Assembly: GCF_009914755.1 (NCBI RefSeq)
Contig: NC_060929.1
DNA: 64,000 bases
Strand: one strand, 5' to 3'
From: the human T2T-CHM13v2.0 reference genome, Homo sapiens
Shown: piece after piece, positions 13,818 through 25,560 of the stretch
Layout: the number at the start of each line of letters is the position of its first letter
Position numbering within the stretch: position 1 is the stretch's first letter
Notes under the pieces: generated by a model
What the model saw: only the letters and a program-made list of their open reading frames with translations
Database searches by the model: none
Told to the model about the DNA's origin: nothing
Position numbers and translations under genes: made by a program

Positions 13818-15478
13818 TGAAATTTTGTAGTGAGCTTTTCGGCTCTACCAGATCAGTTTAGTTGTTTCTGAAAATTGCTATTTCATCTTTCAGGTCATGA
13901 ATCATTTTACTGGATTGCAAAGGTTCCTCAGATTGGGTTTCGGTGTTCTCCTAAATCTTGATGATCTTCACTGCCATCCTGATTCTTAATTCTATGTCCC
14001 TCATTTCAGCCATTTTATCAGTAAAGGACAATTTTTGGAGATGTAGTATGGTATTTTGGAGGTAAAAAAGACACTCTCTCTGACTTTTACAGTTGCAGTT
14101 CTTGCACAGATTCTTTCTCATCTCTGTGGGCTGATATTTCTTTAATCTTTAAGTTGCTGTTCTTTGGAAGGAGCTTTTTGCTTTTAAATTATCTGATGCC
14201 CTTGAGGATTTGACCATGATATAAGTTGGGTTTGGTTGACTGGCTTCATTTCTGGATGATCTCAGGTGGCTAAGACTCAGTTCATCACTCCTAGGCTGTG
14301 TGCTCTTACCCTGGGGTCTGGGAACAGGTCCATGGCTTTGTTCTCTTGTCCCTTGATGTCAAGCATCTGCTGCACTGTAGGGGCCAAGGTATTCCCAGAC
14401 CACTGGCAACAACACTCTGAAGCAGGGTTCCAGCAAAAGCTTTTTGTGGAGGTAATGGTAGTGTGTTTCATGCTCACATGTGCACACCAGGGAAAGTGGA
14501 GCAATAGTACAGCTAAGTCCATGCCTACATGTCAGCAATGGCTGGGAGCAGGGTACATGTGTATGCATGCAATGGTTGAGGAGGGGGCAATGGTGAGGTC
14601 CATGCATGTACACACACTGGCAAAGTGATGGGGTAAGGCTCTGAGCGAATGTGCACTGGTTGGGGTGGAGCCATGGTGAGGTCCATGCATGTACACACAC
14701 TGACAAAGCAGTGGTGTGAGGCTATGCACAAGTGAGCACTGGCACAGTGGTTGGGGGAAGCTGTAGGTGAGTGAGTGCTGGCAGGAACCCATCTGCAAAA
14801 ACTCTCTGACAGTTAGCTGGGGTCTGTCAGTGAAAGAGCTATAACCACGGCCACTGGGATGCTCCCTGTTTTGATATCCAAGGCTGTACTGCAAGCAGAT
14901 GCAGCCAGACAGGGACCCTGGGAGAAGCTGGCAGACAAGGGACACTCAGATCAGATTGTCACCATTCCATGGGCAAGATAGCCCTGTTCTGTCCAGGTTA
15001 GAGAATGAACGAAAGCCAAAGTCACCTATAGGAGTATGGTGAGCCTTGGGCATCCCTGCTTGTGCTCCTTTGCAGCCAATACCATGTGAAACCCTCTGAG
15101 CTCCACACAAGCTGGAGTCCTGTCTCTGGCAACACACTAAGCAGCACTCTCTGCCAGCTCAAATGTCCATGGGGTTGTAGGGTCTCCTGCAGCTAGGATT
15201 CCAGAGGTTTGTGATAAGAGTGAACCAGTTCATGCCTATTTAACTTGCCCCTTCACTAGAAGCTGTTTGGGGCCAGAAATGAGTCCTGGTGCTTGGTAAC
15301 CCCATGCAGGGTTCCCAGCTTCCTCCTCCTTCAGCCCAAGGTCTGTGTCCTCTCTCTGTCCATTCTCGACAACTTCCTTCCGAAGATCTGCTCATAGTGT
15401 GCCGGTCTTCTTGATGGTCTGGTCTCTCAGTGAGAGAAGCTCTTCCTGGATGCATCTAGTCAACCACCTTCGCACCAC

Positions 15479-15918
15479 AATGATCGCCATTCCAACTGGT
15501 GTGAGATGGTATCTCATTGTGGTTTTGATTTGCATTTCTCTGATGGCCAGTGATGATGAGCATTTTTTCATGTGTCCTTTGGCTGCATAAATGTCGTCGT
15601 TTGAGAAGTGTTTGTTCATGTCCTTCGCCCACTTGTTGATGGGTTTGTTTGTTTTTTTCTTGTAAATTTGTTTGAGTTATTTGTAAATTCTGGATATTAG
15701 CCCTTTGTCAGATGAGTAGATTGTAAAAATTTTCTCCCATTCTGTAGGATGCCTGTTCACTCTGATGGTAGTTTCTTTTGCTGTGCAGAAGCTCTTTAGT
15801 TTAATTAGATCCCATTTTGTCAGTTTTGGCTTTTGTGGCCATTGCTTTTGGTGTTTTAGACATGAAGTCCTTGCCCATTACACTGTTGGTGGGACTGTAA
15901 ACTAGTTCAACCATTGTG
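15479..15918 (-). repeat. 440-bp inverted duplication of 17681-18120 (young L1 sequence including its inversion junction)
   Basis: Reverse complement of 17681-18120 with about 5 substitutions by eye; contains the junction CCTTGCCCAT|TACACTGTTGG. Confidence 0.95.
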
Positions 15919-16283
15919 CAAGCTCTTTCAGGTCATTAGACAAATGCAATTTCTTGACATGGTAGAGCCAAGGTCCCCGTTTCCTTGCTGGCTGTCATTC
16001 AGGAATGAGTATTTGCTTCTGTAAACTCCATGCAATCCTTCTCATGCCTACCATATGGCCTCCCTCCAGCAACAACAGAATGGGAGTCCCTCTCACACTT
16101 TGAATCCCTTCCCCTTCTGCCATATTTCTCTGCCTTCCTCTTCTGCCTCTAGCTGGAAGTAGTTCTCTACTTTTAAGGACTCCTGTGACACAATGGGCCC
16201 ACCTCCGTAATCCAGGATAATCTCTCTATTTTAAGGCCATAACATATTTGCATTTGAAAGGAGGAGGCATTCTGCCTACTACA
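15919..16283 (-). mobile_element. partial MaLR LTR (MLT1E/F-like), truncated at the left
   Basis: GTCCCCGTTTCCTTGCTGGCTGTC, GGGCCCACCTCCGTAATCCAGGATAATCTC, terminus ATTCTGCCTACTACA. Confidence 0.75.
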
Positions 16284-16424
16284 GAGGTATTAATGACTTT
16301 CCTCATCCTGTATGGACTTCACTTAGGTAAAATACTTTGATCTAATAAATTAAACCTACTATTGATGTAGTGCATGGAAGTAAAAAAAAAAATTATAAAA
16401 TCTCTCTGCAGCAAAACTTGTCTG

Positions 16425-16545
16425 AGTTTGGTGATGGCTGCACAACTTTTGGAAACACTAAAAGCCAATTAGTTTGTATACTTTTAATGTCTGAATTTTG
16501 TGGTATATAAATTATAACTCAAGAAATGTGTTATTTAAAGCAAAA
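16425..16545 (+). mobile_element. old L1M 3' end fragment
   Basis: GGTGATGGCTGCACAAC...TGAATTTTGTGGTATATAAATTATAACTCAA. Confidence 0.6.
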
Positions 16546-16699
16546 ACAATAAACTTGCCTTGCAACACTCTTCTGCCTTGCAAGATAAGTCTATTCACAT
16601 GGAAGACTCCAGAAGAACAGTTATATAAAGAAAATGTTAAAGTTTAGGCTTACTTGCAAAAATAGCATCTCCATTATACCTACATGAGGTGATGAGGTA

Positions 16700-16932
16700 A
16701 TAATTGCCAGTAATTAAAAGGCAGTCATTATACACTAGAACCAGCTTTAAGCATGGTATGCATGTTAACATATTTAATCTAATCAACAAGCCTGTGAAAT
16801 GGATAACATTAACATGCTCATTTTGCAAAGGAAACTGAATCACAGACCGTTTAAGTCAAACCTGCCAATGAATGCTGAGAGTTAGGATTCAAAACTCGGC
16901 ACTGTGGCTCCTGAGTTTATGCTCTTAACCAC
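16700..16932 (-). mobile_element. MIR
   Basis: CATTTTGCAAAGGAAACTGAATCACAGA core; GGATTCAAAACTCGG...GCTCTTAACCAC. Confidence 0.75.
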
Positions 16933-17070
16933 CGTTAGGAAGCAAGAAGGTCTTTGATGAGGGCACTCGGTGACAATGTGACATTTAAATAGACCAATGT
17001 TTTAAAGCTAGACCTACTTCTTATTAATTATCATTAGGAAGACTGGTTATTTAATCTGAGACTCAGTTTT

Positions 17071-18186
17071 TTTTATTTTTTTATATATTTGTAAGTTTTC
17101 ATTTATTTATTTTGTATTATACTTTAAGTTTTAGGGTACATGTACACAATGTGCAGGCTTGTTACATATGTATACATGTGCCATGTTGGTGTGCTGCACA
17201 CATTAACTCATCATTTACATTAGGTATATCTCCTAATGCTATCCCTCCCCCCTCCCCCCACCCCACAACAGGCCCTGGTGTGTGATGTTCCCCCTCCTGT
17301 GTCCATGTGTTCTCATTGTTCAATTCCCACCTATGAGTGAGAACATGTGGTGTTTGGTATTTTGTCCTTGTGATAGCTTGCTGAGAATGATGGTTTCCAG
17401 CTTCATCCATGTCTCCACAAAGGACATGAACTCATCATTTTTTATGGCTGCATAGCATTCCATGTCATATATGTGCCACATTTTCTTAATCCAGTCTATC
17501 ATTGTTGGACATTTGGGTTGGTTCCAAGTCCTTGCTATTGTGAATAGTGCCTCAATAAACATACGTGTGCATGTGTCTTTACAGCAGCATGATTTATTTG
17601 GGTATATACTCAGTAATGGGATGGCTGGGTCAAATGGTATTTCTAGTTCTAGATCCCTGAGGAATCGCCACACTGACTTCCACAATGGTTGAACTAGTTT
17701 ACAGTCCCACCAACAGTGTAATGGGCAAGGACTTCATGTCTAAAACACCAAAAGTAATGGCAACAAAAGCCAAAATTGACAAAATGGGATCTAATTAAAC
17801 TAAAGAGCTTCTGCACAGCAAAAGAAACTACCATCAGAGTGAACAGGCATCCTACAGAATGGGAGAAAATTTTTACAATCTACTCATCTGACAAAGGGCT
17901 AATATCCAGAATTTACAAATAACTCAAACAAATTTACAAGAAAAAAACAAACAACCCCATCAACAAGTGGGCGAAGGATATGAACAAACACTTCTCAAAC
18001 GACGACATTTATGCAGCCAAAGGACACATGAAAAAATGCTCATCATCACTGGCCATCAGAGAAATGCAAATCAAAACCACAATGAGATACCATCTCACAC
18101 CAGTTGGAATGGCGATCATTAAAAAGTCAGGAAACAACAGGTGCTGGAGAGAATGTGGAGAAATAGGAACACTTTTACACTGTTGG
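17071..18186 (-). mobile_element. young L1PA (PA3-5-like), 5'-truncated with 5' inversion (twin priming), inserted in a MIR
   Basis: Antisense 3' segment 17071-17720 and sense segment 17721-18186. TSD TGAGACTCAGTTTT at 17057-17070 and 18187-18200. TTACACTGTTGGTG is present at the break in both segments. Confidence 0.95.
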
Positions 18187-18218
18187 TGAGACTCAGTTTT
18201 ATTATCTGCAAAAAGGGG

Positions 18219-18686
18219 TGTATCAGTTTTCTAAGGTTTCCATAACAGAGTATTACAAATTTAAAGAGAAATTCATCTGGCTTAAACAGCAGAATTTTAT
18301 TGTCTCACAGTTCTGGAGGCCAGAAGTCCAAGATCAAGATATCCAAAGTTTGGTTACTTTAGAACTAAAACCATGAGACAAAAGTTGACTCCATGCTTTT
18401 CTCCTGGCTTCTGATGACTTGCTGGGAATCTTTGGCATTCCTCGGCATGTAGATCCCTGTCTTCGTCTTCACATGGCTTTCTCCCTGTGTGGATGATTCT
18501 GTCTCTAAATTTTCCCATTTTATGAGGACACCATTCACATCACATCGGATTAGGGATGTCTAATGACCTCATCTTAACCAATAATATCTACAATGATCCT
18601 ATTTCAAAATAAGGTCAAATTCTGAGGTACTAGGGATTAGGATCTCAGCATGTGAATTTTCAAGGGACACGATTTAACCCATAACA
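18219..18686 (-). mobile_element. MaLR solo LTR (MLT1C-like) inserted in the same MIR
   Basis: TGTATCAGTTTTCTAAGG ... TCTCACAGTTCTGGAGGCCAGAAGTCCAAGATCAAG ... GATTTAACCCATAACA. Confidence 0.88.
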
Positions 18687-18689
18687 GGG

Positions 18690-18800
18690 CATTATTATAT
18701 TTACCATGGAGTGCAGCAGTGAGAGAGAAATGAGATTGTGCACATAAAGTACCCAGAACAGTGCCTGGCCCATAATAGGATGTCGGTAAATGTAGCAGTG
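18690..18800 (+). mobile_element. MIR 3' part (5' part at ~17030-17070 and 18190-18218)
   Basis: AAATGAGATTGTGCACATAAAGTACCCAGAACAGTGCCTGGCCCATAATAGG. Confidence 0.75.
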
Positions 18801-19209
18801 ATTTCATGCAACAATGTCAACATTAAAAGTAACAAAGGAGTTTTTAGAGCAAAAATTGAGGAGAAAGGGAAGGCAACTAATTGCATTCTGATTGGGCTTT
18901 TGGGATGAATAGTTTTGGCAACCCAAGTGCACCTTGGAGTCTACGAGATTCTGCTGCCCAGTCTAACCTCAGACAAACATCCCCCACCTACTGTACTCAC
19001 AAATGCTTTTCCTGCTGCTGACCTAACCAATTCCACAAGTATGTATAAGCACCCACTAGAGCAGGGAGGAAAAGAGATGTGGAAATCAAGTAGGACAAGT
19101 CCCAGGACTCTTCCTAAAGAGAGTTCCAAGTTCCTCAGGTCATATTTTAGGAAAGAAGTCATGTTTTATGCGAAAGATCAAGAGGCAGATGTAAGGGAAT
19201 GGGCAGCAG

Positions 19210-19370
19210 ACAGGAATTTAGGAGACCAGATCTGAGTTCCAGCTTTCGCGAGCTGGTTGTAGAAATTTACCTGAGTCCCTTGATCTGTAGCATATTCAAA
19301 TGTTCTCAACTATAGAATATGAGACTTAGAGAGTTGCTTTTAAAGAACCCTTCCAGCTCCAATGTTCTCT
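19210..19370 (+). mobile_element. MIR3/MIRc relic
   Basis: AGGAGACCAGATCTGAGTTCCAGC ... CCCTTCCAGCTCCAATGTTCT. Confidence 0.5.
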
Positions 19371-19391
19371 ATTTTTTTTTCTTAAGTTTTC

Positions 19392-19500
19392 ATCCCTAAG
19401 ATAACTCATTATGTATAGGTAAATATCCCTAAATTTTAAAAGAATCCAAAATCTGAAACACTTCTGAGTCCAAGCATTTCAGATAAGGGATATTCAGCCT
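19392..19500. mobile_element. Tigger4/MER46 (TcMar) terminal fragment
   Basis: TCCAAAATCTGAAACACTTCTGAGTCCAAGCATTTCAGATAAGGGATATTCAGCCT. Confidence 0.8.
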
Positions 19501-19696
19501 TTAGCTATTTATTTTCTTGCTTTGCATAACTTACCCCACCCTTTTATTCTTCTTTCTTAGGTAAGTTAATAGATGTACCTACCTAAGGTAAAATTTAAAA
19601 ATTTGCTGCTTCCAAATTTTGCTGGCCTAAGGTTCTGTCTATCTCAATGAGAATAAGCAAAGGCACTTTGAGATAGCTTATATCTATAAAGGACAA

Positions 19697-20640
19697 TTTT
19701 CTTTCTTTTTTTAATTATACTTTAAGTTCTGGGATATGTGTGCAGAACATGCAGGTTTGTTACATAGGTATATGCCTGCCATGGTGGTTTGCTGAACCTA
19801 TCAACCTGTCATCTACACTAGGTATTCCTCCTAATGCTATCCCTTTCCTAGCCCCCACGCCGCAACAGGCCCCAGTGTGTGATGTCCATGTGTCCTCCTT
19901 GTTCAACTCCCACTTATGAATGAGAACATGCAGTGTTTGGTGTTCTGTTCTTGTGTTAGTTTGCTGAGAATAATGGTTTCCAGCTTCATCCATGTTCCCA
20001 CAAAGGACATGAACTCATCCTTTTTTATTGCTGAATAATATTCCATGGTGTATATGTGCCACATTTTCTTTATCCAGTCTATCATTGATGGGCATTTGGG
20101 TTGGTTACAAGAATGAACAGGCAACCTACAGAGGGGAGAAAATTTTTGCAATCTATCCATCTGACAAAGGGCTAATATCCAGAATGTATAAAGAACTTTA
20201 ACAAATTTACAAGAATAAAACAAACAACCTCATCAAAAAGTAGGTGAAGGATATGAACAGACACTTTTCAAACGAAGACATTTATGCAGCCAACATACAT
20301 ATGAAAAAAAAGCTCATCATCACTAGTCATTAGAGAAATGCAAATCAAAACCACAATAAGATACAATCTCATGTCACTTAGAATGGCGAACACTAAAAAG
20401 TTAGGAAACAACAGATGCTGGAGAGGATGTGGAGAAATAGGAATGCTCTTACACTGTTGGTGGGAGTGTAAATTAGTTCAGCCATTGTGGAAGACAGTGT
20501 GGCGATTCCTTTCCTCAAGGCTCTAGAACCAGAAATACCATTTGACCCAGCAATCCCATTACTCGGTATATACCCAAAGGATTATGAATCATTCTACTAC
20601 AAAGACACATGCACATGTATGTTTATTGCAGCACTGTTCT
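19697..20640 (-). mobile_element. L1PA (PA6-8-like), 5'-truncated with 5' inversion
   Basis: Antisense 3' end 19697-~20110, then a sense ORF2 segment ~20111-20640 ending GCAGCACTGTTC, just upstream (in L1 coordinates) of where the antisense part stops. TSD unclear. Confidence 0.9.
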
Positions 20641-22389
20641 ATTTTTTATCTCTAAAGTTTTCTTGAAAGAAGGTAAAAGCTCCAAGCTGTAATTGCCATT
20701 CCTTTAACATGGAAGATAAAAAAATGAGGGAAAAAGATTTAAAAAGAGAAAACCAAAAGGCAAAATGCTATGAAATACATTCAATGATAAAAGACTTTTA
20801 TCTGTGTGGGGGTTTCTAACCTGCAAGGCACATTCATGTGCATTACCAAGGAGGTGCAGGAGGTTGGATCTATGGTTCAGAAAAGGAAAATGAGGCTACG
20901 GAATTAAATTGCCTAGCTTCCATCCCGTGAAAACCCACAGTGTAGAGTGAGGAATCACAGAAACAACATACAGACTATATTTTTTTCACATTGTCTCTGT
21001 TAGTGTGTGGAGCTATCCCTTCAGTTCTGATGATATTGTGGAGAATCTATTTTTAACACTTGTGGTACAAGATCATGTGAGTTTACCAATATGGGCCAAT
21101 GACAGGTACAGACCTCTCAGATGCCCACTTTACTTGTGGCTCTGAAGTATTTTGGGACCCAGAGGATCCCTGTCTATGATGAGAATAAAGATCAAACAAT
21201 ACAGAGAAGGAAAATGAGTCATTACAGTGAAGACAGAAGGGTTTGTCCCAAATCTAACTGTTTGCTTCCTGCATTTCCTATAAGGCATGTCATCCACCAC
21301 AGAAGGCTAAACTCGAGAGCATGAGTGCTGGTTTATATAATTTATCTCCTAGCTGATTTTATAATATTAGAAGAGTCAGGCAATATGTAGAAAAATGTGA
21401 CCAATTTAGACAGTACGGCAAAACATGCCATTTGGTCTCATTTATCATAATAGGGATTTAAAAGGACACTCATGAGCCATTTAGAACCCATGAGTTAGTT
21501 GAGCAGAACAAGTGGTTTTGCATAAGCTCTACCCTTAAATCATTTAGTGCTTTCTTGCATCATTAAAAGCAAGTGATATTTTTAAAAACTGCAAGAGTCA
21601 TAACAATTAACATCAGAAAAACAATTTTACCACCACTTAAAGGGCTTGCAGGGGTCAAGAGGACCACCTTTATTGTTTTGAGACACCTCAGTGTATTTTT
21701 CCCCTGCTCATATGATGGGGAAATCGAGTTTGCTGGGCCACCTCCAGCATCCTTTGTGACAGTCTCCAGCTACAGTGTGGAGTAGCCTGACTCGCTGGGA
21801 ACTCTCAGTCCAGCGGAAGAGAGAAGACACCTGGCAGCCATTCTGAAACAAGCAACATTGAACACAGAGCAAGAGCAAAACCAGAGGGGACAGCTTTGTG
21901 CAGTGGGCTGGTCTGCACTTTAGACACATTACAAACCGGATGTAGCCTTCTATTTGGTGGGCACCATGCCACTTTCATAAAAGTCTACAGCTGATCAAAA
22001 AAAAAAAAATCTACAGCGGAAAGGAATACTATCTCCCCATCCCACCCCATCCAGTCAACATCAGAACCCAGACTGGGATCTCTTCATTGCTTGTGAGTCT
22101 GTTTTTCTATGAACACAGGAGATCGAGACTTATAGTAAAGGGACAATTTTGAATACCCAGGACAGTTGGTCAGACCTCTCCTGAGAGGCAGAAATCCCGC
22201 TAATGGGTTCATGTGCCCATACTAAGAACCAAGGATACAAAAATTATCTATTATACATGAGAATTCCCAATGGGCTACCTAATGTGGCTACTGTAAACAT
22301 CGTTTTTGCTGACCTCTATTACAGCTTTTGTCACTATGCATCAAAATAATGTATTTAAATAGTAATAGGGATAAGTTAAACCTTACATA

Positions 22390-22545
22390 TGTTAGCTCTC
22401 TTGGTCCATACAGTAATCTAAAGAAGTAGATGCCATGATTGCCCTCCATTATAGGTGAGGAGCTGAGCAGAGGTAAGGTTAGGTCTTTTTCCCTAGATCA
22501 CACAGTAGCACTAACCCAGGTCTGACTCCAGAGACTAGCCCTGGA
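22390..22545 (-). mobile_element. MIR
   Basis: CCATTATAGGTGAGGAGCTGAG...AGATCACACAG...AACCCAGGTCTGACTCCAGAG. Confidence 0.7.
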
Positions 22546-22574
22546 TCCTGTACTGATAGTGCCTATAATGACAT

Positions 22575-22660
22575 GCCTTCCCTGCTGGGTAGTAAGCTCC
22601 CTAAGGGCAGAGGCTGCTTATTATACATCTCTGAATTCCTGATACCTGACACACTCCACT
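22575..22660 (+). mobile_element. L2 3' end relic
   Basis: GTAAGCTCCCTAAGGGCAGAGGCTG...CCTGATACCTGACAC. Confidence 0.6.
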
Positions 22661-23781
22661 GACTCTTCTGGCTAAAATATCCTTTCTTGAGGGTCATGAA
22701 CAAAGACTCACTCATAGAAAAAAAACAGATTAAGGAGCTAGTAAAGAGCTGTTAAGGAGCTGGCCAATAAAACGTCCTAAATTGGCTGTGGTACTGAACA
22801 GTTGCCCTTTTGAAGCTGTTGGAGGCCAAGCTGACAAACTCATTTGGCAAAGTTTCCTTGACTCACTACTATTCTGTTTTATATTTGAGTTATTCACCAA
22901 GCTATAATTTTATTCACTCGTTTACTAAAGCAAAGAAGACCTACATAATCATTGCCTAGAGATAGTAACAAGTATCACCTTTTTCTTTATTACCCAATTA
23001 AGGGATGAGTTTTGAAAAAATTACAATTATAAAAGTATGCAAATAAAAAGATTAAATTCCCCATACATTCCCTCAATTGTGTATTTTCCTTCTAGAGACA
23101 ATGACTGTGAATAGTTGAGTATGTATTTTTGCTTCATTTTTATATACAACTTTGTTCCCAGATAAATAAGATTGTATAAATTGTTGCTGGACTTGGTGCA
23201 CTGAAACTAGGTTACATCCCACAACAACATAAGAAACAGGATGGAAGTATATAACACTTCCATCAGCAAGGGTTGCTTGTGGAGTCACTGGGTGGGTCTC
23301 TGGGACCCTGGCTCCTAGCCTTCATCCTTATCACCTTTTTCTTTATTAAGAAATTGAAAGCTGACTCATTCACTAATATGCTCAATCTCTGGTGCATTCT
23401 CTCTGCTGCTTAGTTGTGGCTTGGTTAGTAATTGTGGATTCATACACTTATAAGAGTAATTTTAAGTGAATGAGTCCACAATTTCAGCATTAAGAGCAAG
23501 CCTTCTGGATGGGCCTCCCTCAGAGGTAACATGATACCTGTTGATTTTTAAACAAGCATGTCTTGGGCATCATTTTATGCTTCTTAACAACTGAGTGATA
23601 TTCTCTAGTATGACTGTTCCATACTATTAATTACCTATTTGCCATTGCATGAAGGAAATTTAGGCTCTTTCTAATTCTGTTGCTATTAGAAACACTACTA
23701 CGTTTTCCATATTTAAAAGGTAGCTGGAGCTTACAGAAAAAAAAGTGCAAAATGTGTATAAAAATACCAAAAAAAGGCAAC

Positions 23782-24167
23782 AGTTATGGACTGCATGTTT
23801 GTGCCCTCCACGAAAAAATGTATATGTCGAAACTCTAATCTCCAATAGAATGATGTTCAGAGGTAAGACCTTTGGGAGATAATTAGGTTTCAATGAGGTC
23901 ATGAGGTTGGAGCCACCATGATGTGATTAGTGGCCTTACAAGGAAAAAATAGGCTAGAGCTATTTTTCTGTCCCCACTCTCTGTCCCCACTATGTGAGGT
24001 TACAGCAAGAAGATCTGCATACCAGAATAGAGCCTTCAGCAGGAATCCAGTCTACAAACACCTTGATCCTAACTTTCCAGGCTGCAGACTGGGAAAGATG
24101 AATTACTATTATTTAAGCTACCCAGTCTACAATATTGTTATTATAGCAGTCCAAACTGGTTAAGACA
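23782..24167 (+). mobile_element. MaLR solo LTR (MLT1A0-like)
   Basis: GTTATGGACTGCATGTTTGTGCCCTCC ... TTTAAGCTACCCAGTCTAC ... CCAAACTGGTTAAGACA. Confidence 0.85.
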
Positions 24168-24887
24168 GAAATCTTACCTTAAAAAGATAATTTCTGTACT
24201 ATTTTGAAATATTTACTTATTTTGAATTTTTTTTGTTATTTTTAATCCTTTTTCTAAGGATATAAAATATTACATTTATATATCTGGTGAAATGCCATAT
24301 TTTGATTGTGTATTCTGCTTTGCATTACACTTAACATTATATCATAACATTGCCCAATCCATTTTTTATTAAAAACATGACTTTTAAAGGTCACATACTG
24401 CATCATACTTACATAACAAAATTTATTTGTCCATTCCTCTATCTTGGCCACTTACATCATTTTGAAATTTTCACTTATAAACAATGGACAAATGAATATT
24501 ATAGAAAATAAATCTTTGAACAATTCTTAAGTTATTTTCTTAAATCACTTTGTAAGGTGGTAAAGAGCTGTTATTTTTTCTCCTGATTATATTGCATCAC
24601 TTTAAGTTGAACATTGGCTGGTTAAGGTTGACATTTTTGTCTCTCATGTATTAAAGACTATTTTTCTATTCCTGGTCTGTATTAATAAACCACATAAATG
24701 GCTTGTGGACTTTATCACATATTTTGAGAGCCTGTGTATTTTGTTGTTGTAATTGTTAAATTGTATTGTTGATATTATTTTTCTAGAATTTTCACATTAA
24801 TATCAATTTGATATAATACTATGTTTTCTGGGCTTTAATTTTTAGATTTTGTTATCAGAATTTGCTAACTTCAAAAATTGAAGTATA

Positions 24888-25172
24888 GGCCAGGCATGTT
24901 GGCTCACGCCTGTAATCCCAGCACTTTGGGAGGCTGAGGCAGGTGGATCTCTTAAGGCCAGGAGGTCGAGACCAGCCTGGCCAACATGAGGAAACCCCAC
25001 CTCTACAAAAAGTACAAAAGTTAGGTGGGCATGGTGGCATACACCTGTAATCCCAACTACTACTCAGGAGGCTGAGTCACAAGAATCCCTTAAACCCAAG
25101 AGGTGGAGGTTTCAGTGAGCCGAGATCACATCACTATACCCTAGCTTGAGCAACAAAGCAAGACTCTCTCAA

Positions 25173-25200
<28 letters not shown>
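24888..25200 (+). mobile_element. Alu (Jb/Sz-like)
   Basis: GGCCAGGCATGTTGGCTCACGCCTGTAATCCCAGC ... A-tail from 25171; degenerate TSD AA(A/G)TTGAAGT. Confidence 0.95.
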
Positions 25201-25203
<3 letters not shown>

Positions 25204-25560
25204 GTTGAAGTGTATAGTCTTCCTTTCTTTTCACATACATGTTTCACTTACCTAGCACATGGATTTTAAGTTTTTCAGAGTTTACAAGAACTTAGTAAAA
25301 GTCTGATTCTGTCATCTATTGTTTTGAAGTAATGCTATGATATTTTTTTTCGATTTTTCTTTTTTTTGCATCAAATCCACCATGATGTTACTTGGGCTAT
25401 TTATTTCATCATCAGTTTCTCTCCGTAAAATGATGGTAATAATAATACAAATTCTATGAATTGTTCTAAGTCTCACAAATAGTAGCACAAATATAGTGCC
25501 CAAGAGTTTATAAAGGTTTGTTTAGTGGCTTTTATTTCTAACATAAAGAGATTTTTTTTG

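Noticed and set aside
14525-14760. Spaced direct repeats (30-bp ATGGTGAGGTCCATGCATGTACACACACTG at 14590 and 14673) and overlapping ORFs, superficially CRISPR-like
   Set aside because: Only two exact copies, inside the tandemly repetitive 5'UTR of an old L1 in eukaryotic DNA; no cas genes.
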